From NCBI GenBank assembly GCA_918797485.1, contig CAKKNE010000005.1, positions 4,464,001 to 4,528,000 of the forward strand: a stretch of 64,000 nucleotides of DNA, in the 5' to 3' direction. The DNA is from Pelagomonas calceolata (Eukaryota). The first letter of the stretch is position 1. Every line of letters begins with the position of its first letter. Positions 33,473-42,717 of this stretch are shown in pieces. A program made the translations under genes and the position numbers. The notes beneath the pieces were generated by a model. That model ran no database searches. It was not told the DNA's origin and saw nothing but the letters and a program-made list of their open reading frames with translations.

Positions 33473-33739
33473 GTGATCCGGCGCTTCGGCTTTGTTTGCT
33501 TTGTGTTGGGAGATGTCAGCCGGCGCTTCGGCTTTGTTTTGTAAACGAGCGTGCTCGGCCGGCGCGCTCGCGACGCCGATTGGGAGAGCTCGACGGGGAG
33601 TCCAGGCGTTTCGCGGCCACGCGTCGGCTGCGCTGGAAGGACGGCAACAGACCCAAACAGTGTGTACCAGAGACACTGTGGAGGAGCCCTTTGCTCGCGT
33701 CGCGCTGGGAAACACGCTTTTTGGTCGGCGCACAGGCTT

Positions 33740-33763
33740 GCTAGTGTGTTACCGCCCGCTAGC
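33740..33763 (+). promoter_or_regulatory. Bipartite intergenic motif copy
   Basis: GCTAGTGTGTTACCGCCCGCTAGC; divergent spacer. Confidence 0.55.
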
Positions 33764-33969
33764 TGCCAGCTGTGTGACGCCCGCACTCGGCCCATCGCTG
33801 CGAAGGATAGCTGAAATTCTTGCATCACGTCTTTAGTCCAGTACTGCGAGCGTTGGACCAGCTTTTTCCGCGTGCGTCTTTGTGGGAGAGCTAAGCCAGG
33901 CAGGGAGGCTGCAGCTGCCAGGCGCCAAGGCGCAGCGCAGTGCATCGGAATAACTCACAAAGAGCAGTC

Positions 33970-35979
33970 ATGCGCACCCGAGCGCTGCGGCTCGTCGCCC
34001 TCGCATGCATTTGCAGCGCCGATGACTCCATACCAATCGGACTGGGCGATGGCAGTACGCAGCGATTGCAGCTCGGCTGGTTCCCGCGTGATACCGATGC
34101 GACGGAAGCGTTCTGCAGCGAGTACAGCGTCTCGAGTGACGACTGCGCCACGCTGTATCGGCATGTAACAGCCAAACGCGACGGCTTGGGCCGCTTCTTC
34201 GTAGCAGCGACCGACCAAGCTGCCGCATTACCGTCGCGACGACTCTTCGCGTTGCTCGACGGCGAGTTGATGTTCCGTTCCACGGGCACGTCGAATCCTG
34301 GCCGGAATTACCCGGGCATGTGGCTGCCGACCGCGGGAATTTGTCCGTGGTGGTTTCAGCAACCGACAGAGGGCCGCCCGCGGAGCTTCGCGGAAATTAC
34401 AGATTCCGCTACGGCTCTGCGAGCGGGCGCCGAACAGAGGGTCTTCGACAAGCGGTTCGCGTTCGCCTACCACGAGAACGAAGACCTCGAGGCCTGGGCC
34501 GCGTTGCGGGACGATCTGCGTGGCATGGCGGCAACGGACGGTAACGGCCGCTACGCCTTCGACCGGTTCACGAGCCTGCGCCAGCTGGTCGCGAGCATAC
34601 GGCTAGGCAGAGAGGCCTGGGTCAACGCGGGGCTCGGAGCCGCCGCCGACGAGGTCCTGGCGCGCGGCGCGGCCGCGGGACTTACTACTGACCCCGTCGC
34701 CGCGCCGCGCTCCTCGCCAATCGTCGTCGCGGGGCTGTGCGAGGTCAACGACTTCGTGACGTCTCTGAGAGTACACATAATCGGCTGGATCGCCGCGCGA
34801 CGAGCGATCTGCACGCCGGCGCCCGCGCTCCTCGTCGCCGAGCTGGAGCAGCTCACGAGGCAAGCGAGGGGCGCCGCGGCCGCGCTGAACGGGGCCTCGC
34901 AAACGGCGGCGATGGGCGCCGCGGTCGCTCGCGGCGCCGAAGTGTGCCGTGAGGTCTCGATTGCCGGCGACGCCACGGGAGCATGCGCGTTTCCAGAAAT
35001 ACGGGCCGACCTCAGCGCCTACTGGACGCATATCATAAATCTCGCCCGGGCGAGCGGCGCGCACGACGCCGTCGACGCGGCGTCGCAAGCGGTCAAAGCC
35101 GTGCGAAGCGCCGCCAACGCCGACGGGCGCCACCTCGTCGACAATGCGCGACATCTCGTCAAGATTAGTGTCCCAGTAGAGTATCGCGCGTCGATGCCGT
35201 CACTCGTCTACGGCACGGCGTGGAAGCGCGACGACACGGAGCGGCTCGCGCGGCGGGCGCTGGCCGCCGGCTTCGTTGGTTTCGACACGGCCTGCCAGCC
35301 GAAGCACTACGACGAGCCGGCGCTCGGCCGCGCGATCGCGGGCGCGTCGCGGGAGCGCCTGTGGATCCAGACGAAGTTCACACCAGTGGGAGGCCACGAT
35401 GACCGCAGGCCGTACCACGTCTGGCAACCGGTCGAGGACCAGGTTCGGGCGTCCTTCTCTACGTCTCTCGCGAACCTGGGCACAGACTACGTCGACGCCT
35501 TGTTGCTGCACTCGCCGCTCGAGACTTACGAGCTGACGCTGCGTGCCTGGCGCGTGCTGGAGGAATTCCATGCCGCCGGATCTGTGCGGACGCTGGGCGT
35601 GTCGAACGTGAATTTCCAGACCTTCGAGCGGCTCTGGAACGAGTCCACCGTGAAACCTGGTGTCGTGCAGAATAGGTTTTACAATCGGACCGGTTACGAC
35701 CGCGATCTGCGGGCTTTCTGCAAAAACCACGGCGTCGCCTACCAGGGCTTCTGGACCCTTACGGGGAACCGAAACGTGGTGAGCGGACCCGTCGTGGCGG
35801 AGATCGCGAGTCGCCTCGGAAAGCCGCCGGTCAGCGTGTACTATAGGGCGCTCATGCAGCTCGGCGTCGTCGTCCTCGACGGAACGAAGTCGATGGACCA
35901 CATGCGCGAAGACCTGGAAGTCTCGGATTTCGAGCTGGACGCCGCGGACGTCGTCGCGATCGATCGGGCGCTGTCGTGA
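33970..35979 (+). CDS. Signal peptide + unknown ~400-aa region + C-terminal aldo-keto reductase
   Basis: MPSLVYGTAWK, FDTACQPKHY, IQTKFT, YVDALLLHSP, LGVSN, VVQNRFY. Confidence 0.85.
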   Translation: MRTRALRLVALACICSADDSIPIGLGDGSTQRLQLGWFPRDTDATEAFCSEYSVSSDDCATLYRHVTAKRDGLGRFFVAATDQAAALPSRRLFALLDGELMFRSTGTSNPGRNYPGMWLPTAGICPWWFQQPTEGRPRSFAEITDSATALRAGAEQRVFDKRFAFAYHENEDLEAWAALRDDLRGMAATDGNGRYAFDRFTSLRQLVASIRLGREAWVNAGLGAAADEVLARGAAAGLTTDPVAAPRSSPIVVAGLCEVNDFVTSLRVHIIGWIAARRAICTPAPALLVAELEQLTRQARGAAAALNGASQTAAMGAAVARGAEVCREVSIAGDATGACAFPEIRADLSAYWTHIINLARASGAHDAVDAASQAVKAVRSAANADGRHLVDNARHLVKISVPVEYRASMPSLVYGTAWKRDDTERLARRALAAGFVGFDTACQPKHYDEPALGRAIAGASRERLWIQTKFTPVGGHDDRRPYHVWQPVEDQVRASFSTSLANLGTDYVDALLLHSPLETYELTLRAWRVLEEFHAAGSVRTLGVSNVNFQTFERLWNESTVKPGVVQNRFYNRTGYDRDLRAFCKNHGVAYQGFWTLTGNRNVVSGPVVAEIASRLGKPPVSVYYRALMQLGVVVLDGTKSMDHMREDLEVSDFELDAADVVAIDRALS

Positions 35980-36296
35980 TGTTGTGTTTTTGTATCATGT
36001 TCTAGGTGAAGTAAGTGTCTGTCTTCTTTTAATTTGCCGACATGTCGAGGCTGAAGCGCGCGGATTTCGTTTTCGTTTTGTGCTAGACAAAGCCACTAGA
36101 CCTGCGGCTGCCCCTGCTCTTCCGCGAGTGAAGTGGGCGTGTTTCACCACTGCATAAACTAAGTGCAGCGGCAGCGCGTAACGTACCTCCGCCGCGCAGC
36201 GCACCGGGGCAGCCATCGCTGAGGCATCGCTTGCCATCACACCGAGCAAGCGAGTGCAGCACATCGCTGCAGCTGCACGCCGTCGACGCGAAGGCA

Positions 36297-37280
36297 ATGG
36301 GACTGCGCCATCTCCTCGCTCCCGTGGTCGACGAGTACAGCGACCCCAATGCCTGGAATAGCGACGAGCATTTCCCCATAAAGCTCGCCCTGGCCCTCGC
36401 GGCCGCGGCGCTCGCGCTCGCCGCGGCCCAGCGCGCCCAGAAACGGCCAACAAAACCGAAGGAGGGCGTGCTCGGCGAGAAATGCGACGCGCCTGAAACT
36501 TACAGTCCCGACGTGCTCTTCCCGATCCCGCGGACGAGGGGGCGACGGTTGCTGGGCTTGGCCGACGGCGCGGTCCCATTCGAAGGTGAAGACGTCTGGA
36601 ACTGTTATGAAGTGTCGTGGCTCGACCATCGTGGACGGCCGCGGCGCGGCGCCGTGGAGCTGAGGATTCCCTGTGTATCACCAAATGTTGTGGAGTCCAA
36701 GTCCCTGAAGCTCTACCTGAACAGTTTGAACTTCAAGCGCTTTGCGTCGACGGACGAAGCGCTCTCTACCATAAGACGGGACGTGGCGTCCGTCGTGGGC
36801 TGCCTCGCGAGCGAGCTCAGCGCACGACTATGCGAGGACCAGCCTCCTATGAAAGGCTGGACCTGCGTCGACGACGTCTGTGAAGACGACGTCCCCGAGT
36901 CGATGCTGCGAAGGCCGGACGCGTCTCTACTGAAGACGACGGGCGACGTCGTCACGGAGCGCCTCTGCAGTCATAACTTGAGGACGCTGTGTCCCGTGAC
37001 GGGCCAGCCCGACTGGGGCACTTTACTGATCGAGTACGAGGGCCCACGTATCGATCATGCGTCGTTGTTTTGTTATATCATTTCTCTGCGGACGGAGACG
37101 GGCTTCCACGAGAACGCCGTCGAGCGCGTCACCCTCGATATTGACAGATGTTGCAGACCGGCGAAGCTCCGCGTGACGGGCCGCTTCCTGCGACGGGGCG
37201 GCGTCGACATCAACCCTATCAGATCTATTCGCTTCGGCGCGGCGACGGGCCTGGCGCAGGCGTTCGCGCCCGGCCAGTAG
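36297..37280 (+). CDS. queF: NADPH-dependent 7-cyano-7-deazaguanine (preQ0) reductase, bimodular type II, with N-terminal extension
   Basis: DVWNCYEVSWL, QueF motif VESKSLKLYLNS, catalytic CPVTGQPDWG, FHE, RRGGVDINP in the order of E. coli QueF. Confidence 0.93.
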   Translation: MGLRHLLAPVVDEYSDPNAWNSDEHFPIKLALALAAAALALAAAQRAQKRPTKPKEGVLGEKCDAPETYSPDVLFPIPRTRGRRLLGLADGAVPFEGEDVWNCYEVSWLDHRGRPRRGAVELRIPCVSPNVVESKSLKLYLNSLNFKRFASTDEALSTIRRDVASVVGCLASELSARLCEDQPPMKGWTCVDDVCEDDVPESMLRRPDASLLKTTGDVVTERLCSHNLRTLCPVTGQPDWGTLLIEYEGPRIDHASLFCYIISLRTETGFHENAVERVTLDIDRCCRPAKLRVTGRFLRRGGVDINPIRSIRFGAATGLAQAFAPGQ

Positions 37281-37306
37281 AAGTATTAACACAACAAGTT
37301 TTAGTC

Positions 37307-38194
37307 CTAAATAAACGATACGGCGACGCTCGGCAGCCGGGGAAGCATGCGCCGCTTCCGCCCGCCGAGCTTGGGCTTCGGCGGCGGCGATAGTGTAAGC
37401 GAGAGCGCCTGGCCGTCGATCGACAGTCGCAAGGGCGGGCCGACGTCGAGCTCCGACCGTGCCGTCCAATACAAACCGAGCGTCGTCACCGCCGCCGTCA
37501 GCGCGTCGTCTCCAATGAGACAACGCGCCGCGAAGCCCTCTTCAACAGAAGTGGTCGCGAGAACGCACCGGTAACCATCAATGACCTCCGCGGCGGCGAG
37601 CGCGGTTTCGTCCTCGACCTCTACCACTAACGTGTCGCCGGGCGTCGCCGCCGCGTACGCGACCTGCCCCTCGGCGAGGCCCAGTGCGTTCGCGACCACC
37701 TCCACATTCTCTGGTTTAGATGCCGCCTCGGACGCGAAGCCGGCGAGGCTCAGGATGCCTTTATCAACTTCCGCGTCGACGGCGAGCTCGGCGCAGCGCA
37801 GCGAGAAGGCGCCGCCGTCGCGGTTCCCATCGAGCGCCTCGGCCGCCGCCCGGCAACTCCCGACGTTGGCCGCGGAGCCCAGGGCCCACGCCTCGCCCTT
37901 CTCGTACCGTCGTAATCCAAACGTCGCGCAGTCCTTGCCCGTCGCGAAGGGTAGGCAGCAGATGATTTCTTGAGCGTCATCAATGTCGTTCAGGAGCGCC
38001 TCGATGGCCGCGCCGACGGGCCACATCGCCTGCGCCGTTTGTCGCGCGCCCTCGGTCTCGGTGAGGAGGAGCACGGTCGTGTCTCTGGCTTTTGCTTGCC
38101 ACTGCAGCTTCGCGGGGGCATATGCGGCGTCCAGGGCGCTTGTGCTTGCAACCAATAATGCTGCGAGCATCGCTGCTGCATGCTGGGTGTTCAT
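37307..38194 (-). CDS. Signal-peptide protein, possibly a degenerate PhzF/DAP-epimerase fold
   Basis: Weak PhzF-like spacing (FGLRRY, DTLVVEV, FAARC, LGLYW); catalytic motifs not seen. Confidence 0.5.
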   Translation of the reverse strand: MNTQHAAAMLAALLVASTSALDAAYAPAKLQWQAKARDTTVLLLTETEGARQTAQAMWPVGAAIEALLNDIDDAQEIICCLPFATGKDCATFGLRRYEKGEAWALGSAANVGSCRAAAEALDGNRDGGAFSLRCAELAVDAEVDKGILSLAGFASEAASKPENVEVVANALGLAEGQVAYAAATPGDTLVVEVEDETALAAAEVIDGYRCVLATTSVEEGFAARCLIGDDALTAAVTTLGLYWTARSELDVGPPLRLSIDGQALSLTLSPPPKPKLGGRKRRMLPRLPSVAVSFI

Positions 38195-38277
38195 GGCCTA
38201 GGCTGAACAGCAAGCGAGCAGCGCTTACAGTGTTTAAGGCAAGCACGCGCCGTAAAATTGCGCCTGTGAAATCCACT

Positions 38278-38301
38278 GCTAGTGTCTTACATGACGCTAG
38301 C
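38278..38301 (+). promoter_or_regulatory. Bipartite intergenic motif copy
   Basis: GCTAGTGTCTTACATGACGCTAGC; divergent spacer. Confidence 0.6.
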
Positions 38302-38428
38302 TAACTCGAACGTGCTAGCACTGGTTTGACACGCCCGCGTGATAACCGGCACTAAGCGATTGAGACGAGTCTCCATACGAACGGCACACGCGAAAGCGTG
38401 ACTGACAAATAGTGAAACTGCTCCATTG

Positions 38429-39424
38429 ATGAGACCAAGGACGCTCGTCCTCCTCGTTGCGGCCGCCGCGCGAGCCTGGGACTTCCCCTGGTCGTCCACG
38501 GACGAGGGCTGGACGCCGGCCGAGGACGCGCCGCGGCCGGAGTCGGACCCGTTTTGGGTCGACCGCGAACCTTGCGAGGCGGACACGCGGCTGCCGCGGT
38601 CTGGAAAAAGGGGACGGGCGTTGACGGGCAACCTACTGCGCAATGGAGACGCCCGCGAGAGGACGATGGACGGCTGGTCGGTGGTGAACGGCGGCGACGG
38701 CTGGTCCGCCAAGGACGGCGTCTTCAAGACCTCCTTCGAGCCCAATACCAGGCGCCAGGTCGTGGATTTGGTGAATTGGGTGGAGGCCTCGGTGTTGGAT
38801 TCGGGCAAGGTCGAGATTGTGCTGGGAGAGCAGATCACGGAGACGGGCTCGCGCGACAAATACTTCATCCGCGCGGCGCTCTGCCGAGATCCGGCCTGCA
38901 AGAGCAAGATCGCGCGCTGGGCGCCGTGCCGCTGCTCGCAGGAGGAACTCCAGTCGTCCTGCGCCTTGACCGAGGCCTACTGCGTCACGCGGGGATCGGG
39001 CAAGACCAAGAACGACCTCGGTCACGACAAAGCGGGCCAGCTAGGGGACGACCGCACGCGCGACGACGCGTGGCGCGACTTGAGTTACACGTTCTCGGCG
39101 ACCGACGTCGTCGGCGCGCGCTATCTGCTCTTCGAGGATGGGGGCTGTTCCGGCGAGTTCTGGAAGGGCCTCTGGGGCCCCTGGTTCCGGCGCGCTTTTG
39201 TCAAGGTCCACGCCGTCGCCGCGGAAAGCGCGCCGTCGGGTGGAAGGCTCATGCGGGACCTATTGTTCGGCTTCTCGCTGATCGCCGTCCTCGCGGCCTA
39301 CGCCTGGCTCTACACGAAGAACCGCTCCAAGATCGCGAGAGTCGACGAGGAGACGTCGCTCCTCTCCACCAGCGACGAGAACCCCTTCGACCCGCACAGC
39401 GGCCTAGAGATAACAAAGTTCTAG
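38429..39424 (+). CDS. Type I membrane protein with FBA (F-box-associated, Fbs-like sugar-binding) domain
   Basis: NLLRNG...NGGDGW...FKTSF...QVVDL...WRDLSYTFS...RYLLFEDGG...FWKGLWGP; signal peptide and C-terminal TM. Confidence 0.78.
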   Translation: MRPRTLVLLVAAAARAWDFPWSSTDEGWTPAEDAPRPESDPFWVDREPCEADTRLPRSGKRGRALTGNLLRNGDARERTMDGWSVVNGGDGWSAKDGVFKTSFEPNTRRQVVDLVNWVEASVLDSGKVEIVLGEQITETGSRDKYFIRAALCRDPACKSKIARWAPCRCSQEELQSSCALTEAYCVTRGSGKTKNDLGHDKAGQLGDDRTRDDAWRDLSYTFSATDVVGARYLLFEDGGCSGEFWKGLWGPWFRRAFVKVHAVAAESAPSGGRLMRDLLFGFSLIAVLAAYAWLYTKNRSKIARVDEETSLLSTSDENPFDPHSGLEITKF

Positions 39425-39494
39425 TGTAGACTCCTACCCGCCGGTACGCCATCGCCGCGAAGGAAGGCGAGGCCACTATTGAAAGATTAGTAAC

Positions 39495-40166
39495 TTAGGC
39501 CTGGGCGTCCGCCTCGGCCTCGGCGGCGAGCTTGCGCGCCTTCTCCTCGGCCATCTGCTTCTCCATCTTCGCGGCGTGCGCCAATTCCATGTTCGCCTGC
39601 TCGCGCGACACGTCGATCCAGCGCAGGTCGTCGATGCAGTCCGGCCGGTGGCCCATGGGCTCCCAGAGGTGGTCGACCACCGCGCGACCCTTCATCTCGG
39701 CGATGTTGTTCCGGGCCTGCTGCACCTGCATCGCCGGCGTGAGCGCTTGGGTTTTGGGAAAGTTGCCGATGTCCGTGGACATGGCCCTTCCCACTTGAAC
39801 ACTCTGCCCTTCGAAGCGGTAGTAGGGCGACCACTGGGGGATGCCGAAGCCATAATCGCGCATCTGCTCCTCGCTCAGTTTCTTCACGGGGGCCTGGAAG
39901 ACGTCGTCTGAATACGTGGCGGGTGCTGGTGCTGGTGCCGGTGGTTCGACGGGCGTCGGTTGTCTCGGAGGCCGGTTCCTTGCTTCCCTTCGCAGCCGTC
40001 GCGCGGTGAGTTTGTCCAGTCGACGGTCCTCCTCGGCCTCTTTGCTGAAGTCGACGTACTTGTTGATTCTCCGCGACGTCTTCCCGCCGAAGTTGCCCGT
40101 GTCGTCGTACTCCCGGATGCGCAGCTTGGGGTTCTTGTCCGGCTTGCCTCGCAACACGCGCGGCAT
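39495..40166 (-). CDS. Hypothetical protein (223 aa)
   Basis: ACCATG start; strong codon bias; natural amino-acid composition. Confidence 0.7.
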   Translation of the reverse strand: MPRVLRGKPDKNPKLRIREYDDTGNFGGKTSRRINKYVDFSKEAEEDRRLDKLTARRLRREARNRPPRQPTPVEPPAPAPAPATYSDDVFQAPVKKLSEEQMRDYGFGIPQWSPYYRFEGQSVQVGRAMSTDIGNFPKTQALTPAMQVQQARNNIAEMKGRAVVDHLWEPMGHRPDCIDDLRWIDVSREQANMELAHAAKMEKQMAEEKARKLAAEAEADAQA

Positions 40167-40637
40167 GGTCTAACGCTGGCGCGTCGCGCGCGGGCAGCCC
40201 TCGGTCGCGTGGGCCCGTCTGCGTGAGGCCTCGACGGCGCCCGGCTGCGCTCACTCGCCCGTTTGTGAGCGTTGCGAGCCCTTTTGCCACTGCCGAGAGC
40301 GGGCGCTGTTTGATGAGCCCGCCCTTTGGCCGAGGGCACCCAAAAGCGAACCAGCATGCATGTCCAGCAGGAGGTCTAGAGAAGGATAGCCCGAGGTCTA
40401 CTTGGTTCGGGTTTTTGCCAGCGCGTACGGTTCTGCCTAGAAAGAAGTATGCTGTTATGAAAAATGTGGCATGCGCTCGCCGCCGATGAATCGGCGACGC
40501 GCGGTGTCCCCCAGGGGCGCCGCCCACTAGTCCTAGCACCGTAACAGAAATACCCCGCGGTAGTCGGAGGCTCAGAGCAAAGGAACTTAAAAATCCCGAA
40601 AAAGAAAGCCCGGACTCGGATGGATACGAAGACCAGA

Positions 40638-42389
40638 TCAGGACAACATCGCGCCGTCGGACAGCTCCAGCCCCGGCGAGTCGTCGGGCGCGACGCCGAC
40701 GCGCAGGCCCGACGCGTCGCGCGCAGCGGCCGCGTCACCTTCCTGATCTGTGAGCACGAGGATAGCTAGGCACAGGTCGTTGATGATCGAGTCGAGCGCG
40801 AAGAAAATCCAAGGGTGCGCGAACTCGACGAGGGGGTTGATGTAGCACACCAGCGTCGAGACAACGGCGACGACCGTTGCGACGAGCACGCGCAGCATCT
40901 GCGCGCGCATCGCCTTGTCGGCGGCACCGAGCCGGTCGGCGTGCCGAAGGGGCCGCAGGAACGCGTAGCAAAGGTATAGAGAGACTGCTACGTGCACGCA
41001 TCCGACCACTGCAATGACCGACGCCGATGCATAAATCGCATCACCGTACGCGTTTCCTTGATGGTCGCTTCTCAGGAATCTCTTGGCGAGGTCGTACTGG
41101 GCCCAGTACATGACTGGCATGAATACCGCCAAGGGCACGAGCTGGCACCACACAGCATATCGCAGGACCTTCAAGGTCCGCGGCGACGGCCCGCCCGGCA
41201 CGCCGCCCAAGAGGTGGACGCGGCAGACCAGCACGAGCTCGAGCACGATGTTAGTCAGGATGCCCATAGATATGCCGAGGATGTACGTGGCGTAGCTGTG
41301 GGCGGCGCCCTCGGGCGTCTCCTCGTCGCGGTAAATGAGTCCCCAGTGTCTCGAGAACGATCCCTGGTCACCCGCGCACCAGCCGCGGAAGCCGCTCATC
41401 CACTCCCACGCGCCGCCGACGATGGCCGCCACCGTCGGGTTCGGATTTTCGCAATCGCAGTCGTAGGCGCGCGTCGTCTGCACGTTGTGGTGCTCGCAGC
41501 GCCACGTCGTGAATCCCAGGAAGGCGGCGAGATTCGCGAATAGCTGGATCACGAAATATGCCACGAGAGCCTTTAGATAGGCGCGGAACGGCGTCGTCGA
41601 AGCCGCCTCTTCGCTCCGGCGGAAATCCCGTCGGATTAAGAGCGACGCCGCGACGCCAAACGCCGAGGCGGCGACCGCGAGTAGATACAGCGCGTAGAGG
41701 ATCGCAAAGTCTTCGTCCTGCGCCCACCAACTCACCAGATCTTGCGGCGGGCCCGCGAGACCCACCACGAAGTCGCGGCGCCACCGGCAGCCGCGAACGT
41801 CGTCGCAGGCCCACCGGCCACCCCCTTGCGTGTCCTCGTAGGCGCGCGAATCGCATGCGCAACTACCATTCGTGGCGCGCGATTCGCAGCGCCCAGCCGC
41901 ACAGGTCGCAGCTTCGACGGCGAACGTGTCCCCTTCGCAATTCGCGCACGCGTCGTCCTCCTCGCAGAACCCCACATGATGAAGTGTCGCGTTATGCGGT
42001 CCGTAACCGTCCCCCCACCAACCCTTGTCGGCGTACGACTCGTCGTAGGGGATGAGGAGGCTCGTCTTCTCGGATCTTGTCTGGCAGCAGGGGGGAAATG
42101 AAGCGTCGCTTTGCCAGCACGCATCCCACCTCTCTTCGCACCACTCCGACCATTCTCTGTAGACGCCGCCTCCGGGCCGGGCAGCGTTCACGCTGTATGC
42201 CCACACGACCCAGCAGCCCGTCCCGGCGTTCGCGTCTGCGGGCTCGGCCACGCGCTCCGCGTACACCGGGAGCAAAACCAAAATGGCGATGACAGAGCAA
42301 CACATTGATGTGAGCCATTTGTGAGCCAAGAGGCGCTCCTCGATTTGACCTATTCGGTCGGAGCTGCTGCCCTCCTTGGCGGCAGCCAT
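40638..42389 (-). CDS. Multi-pass membrane protein with Cys-rich N-terminal region and 7TM-like C-terminal part
   Basis: N-terminal hydrophobic anchor, many Cys, then about 7 hydrophobic segments ending in LDSIINDLCL. Confidence 0.7.
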   Translation of the reverse strand: MAAAKEGSSSDRIGQIEERLLAHKWLTSMCCSVIAILVLLPVYAERVAEPADANAGTGCWVVWAYSVNAARPGGGVYREWSEWCEERWDACWQSDASFPPCCQTRSEKTSLLIPYDESYADKGWWGDGYGPHNATLHHVGFCEEDDACANCEGDTFAVEAATCAAGRCESRATNGSCACDSRAYEDTQGGGRWACDDVRGCRWRRDFVVGLAGPPQDLVSWWAQDEDFAILYALYLLAVAASAFGVAASLLIRRDFRRSEEAASTTPFRAYLKALVAYFVIQLFANLAAFLGFTTWRCEHHNVQTTRAYDCDCENPNPTVAAIVGGAWEWMSGFRGWCAGDQGSFSRHWGLIYRDEETPEGAAHSYATYILGISMGILTNIVLELVLVCRVHLLGGVPGGPSPRTLKVLRYAVWCQLVPLAVFMPVMYWAQYDLAKRFLRSDHQGNAYGDAIYASASVIAVVGCVHVAVSLYLCYAFLRPLRHADRLGAADKAMRAQMLRVLVATVVAVVSTLVCYINPLVEFAHPWIFFALDSIINDLCLAILVLTDQEGDAAAARDASGLRVGVAPDDSPGLELSDGAMLS

Positions 42390-42525
42390 GCTGGCCCTGT
42401 CTCAAATGCTGCCAATTTTGCGCGAATGGTTCTATGCCTTATTTTTTCGAAATGCCGGCTGCCCTTCGCGTCGTCGAGCAGGCATTGAGCCGTTAAACTA
42501 CCTTCGCACGCGCGCTACAGCGCTT

Positions 42526-42548
42526 GCTAGTGTCTTACTGCCGCTAGC
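42526..42548 (+). promoter_or_regulatory. Bipartite intergenic motif copy
   Basis: GCTAGTGTCTTACTGCCGCTAGC; divergent spacer. Confidence 0.6.
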
Positions 42549-42717
42549 TAGCTGTCGCGGCGCGGCGCGCGACTGGAGGCCTAGGATTTGACAACCTGTC
42601 ACAGAGGCTCGCAGCGGTCGTGGCGGTACCTCTGCTGCAAGCTGTTCGACGCGTGCGCTTCCCTGCGTGTGCAAAGAGCCACAATCACTGCTTGCATCAT
42701 AGCAGATATTCATAGCA

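Noticed and set aside
36297..37280. GTP cyclohydrolase I (FolE) assignment
   Set aside because: Has the QueF motif and CPVTGQPD; lacks the FolE zinc motif CEHH
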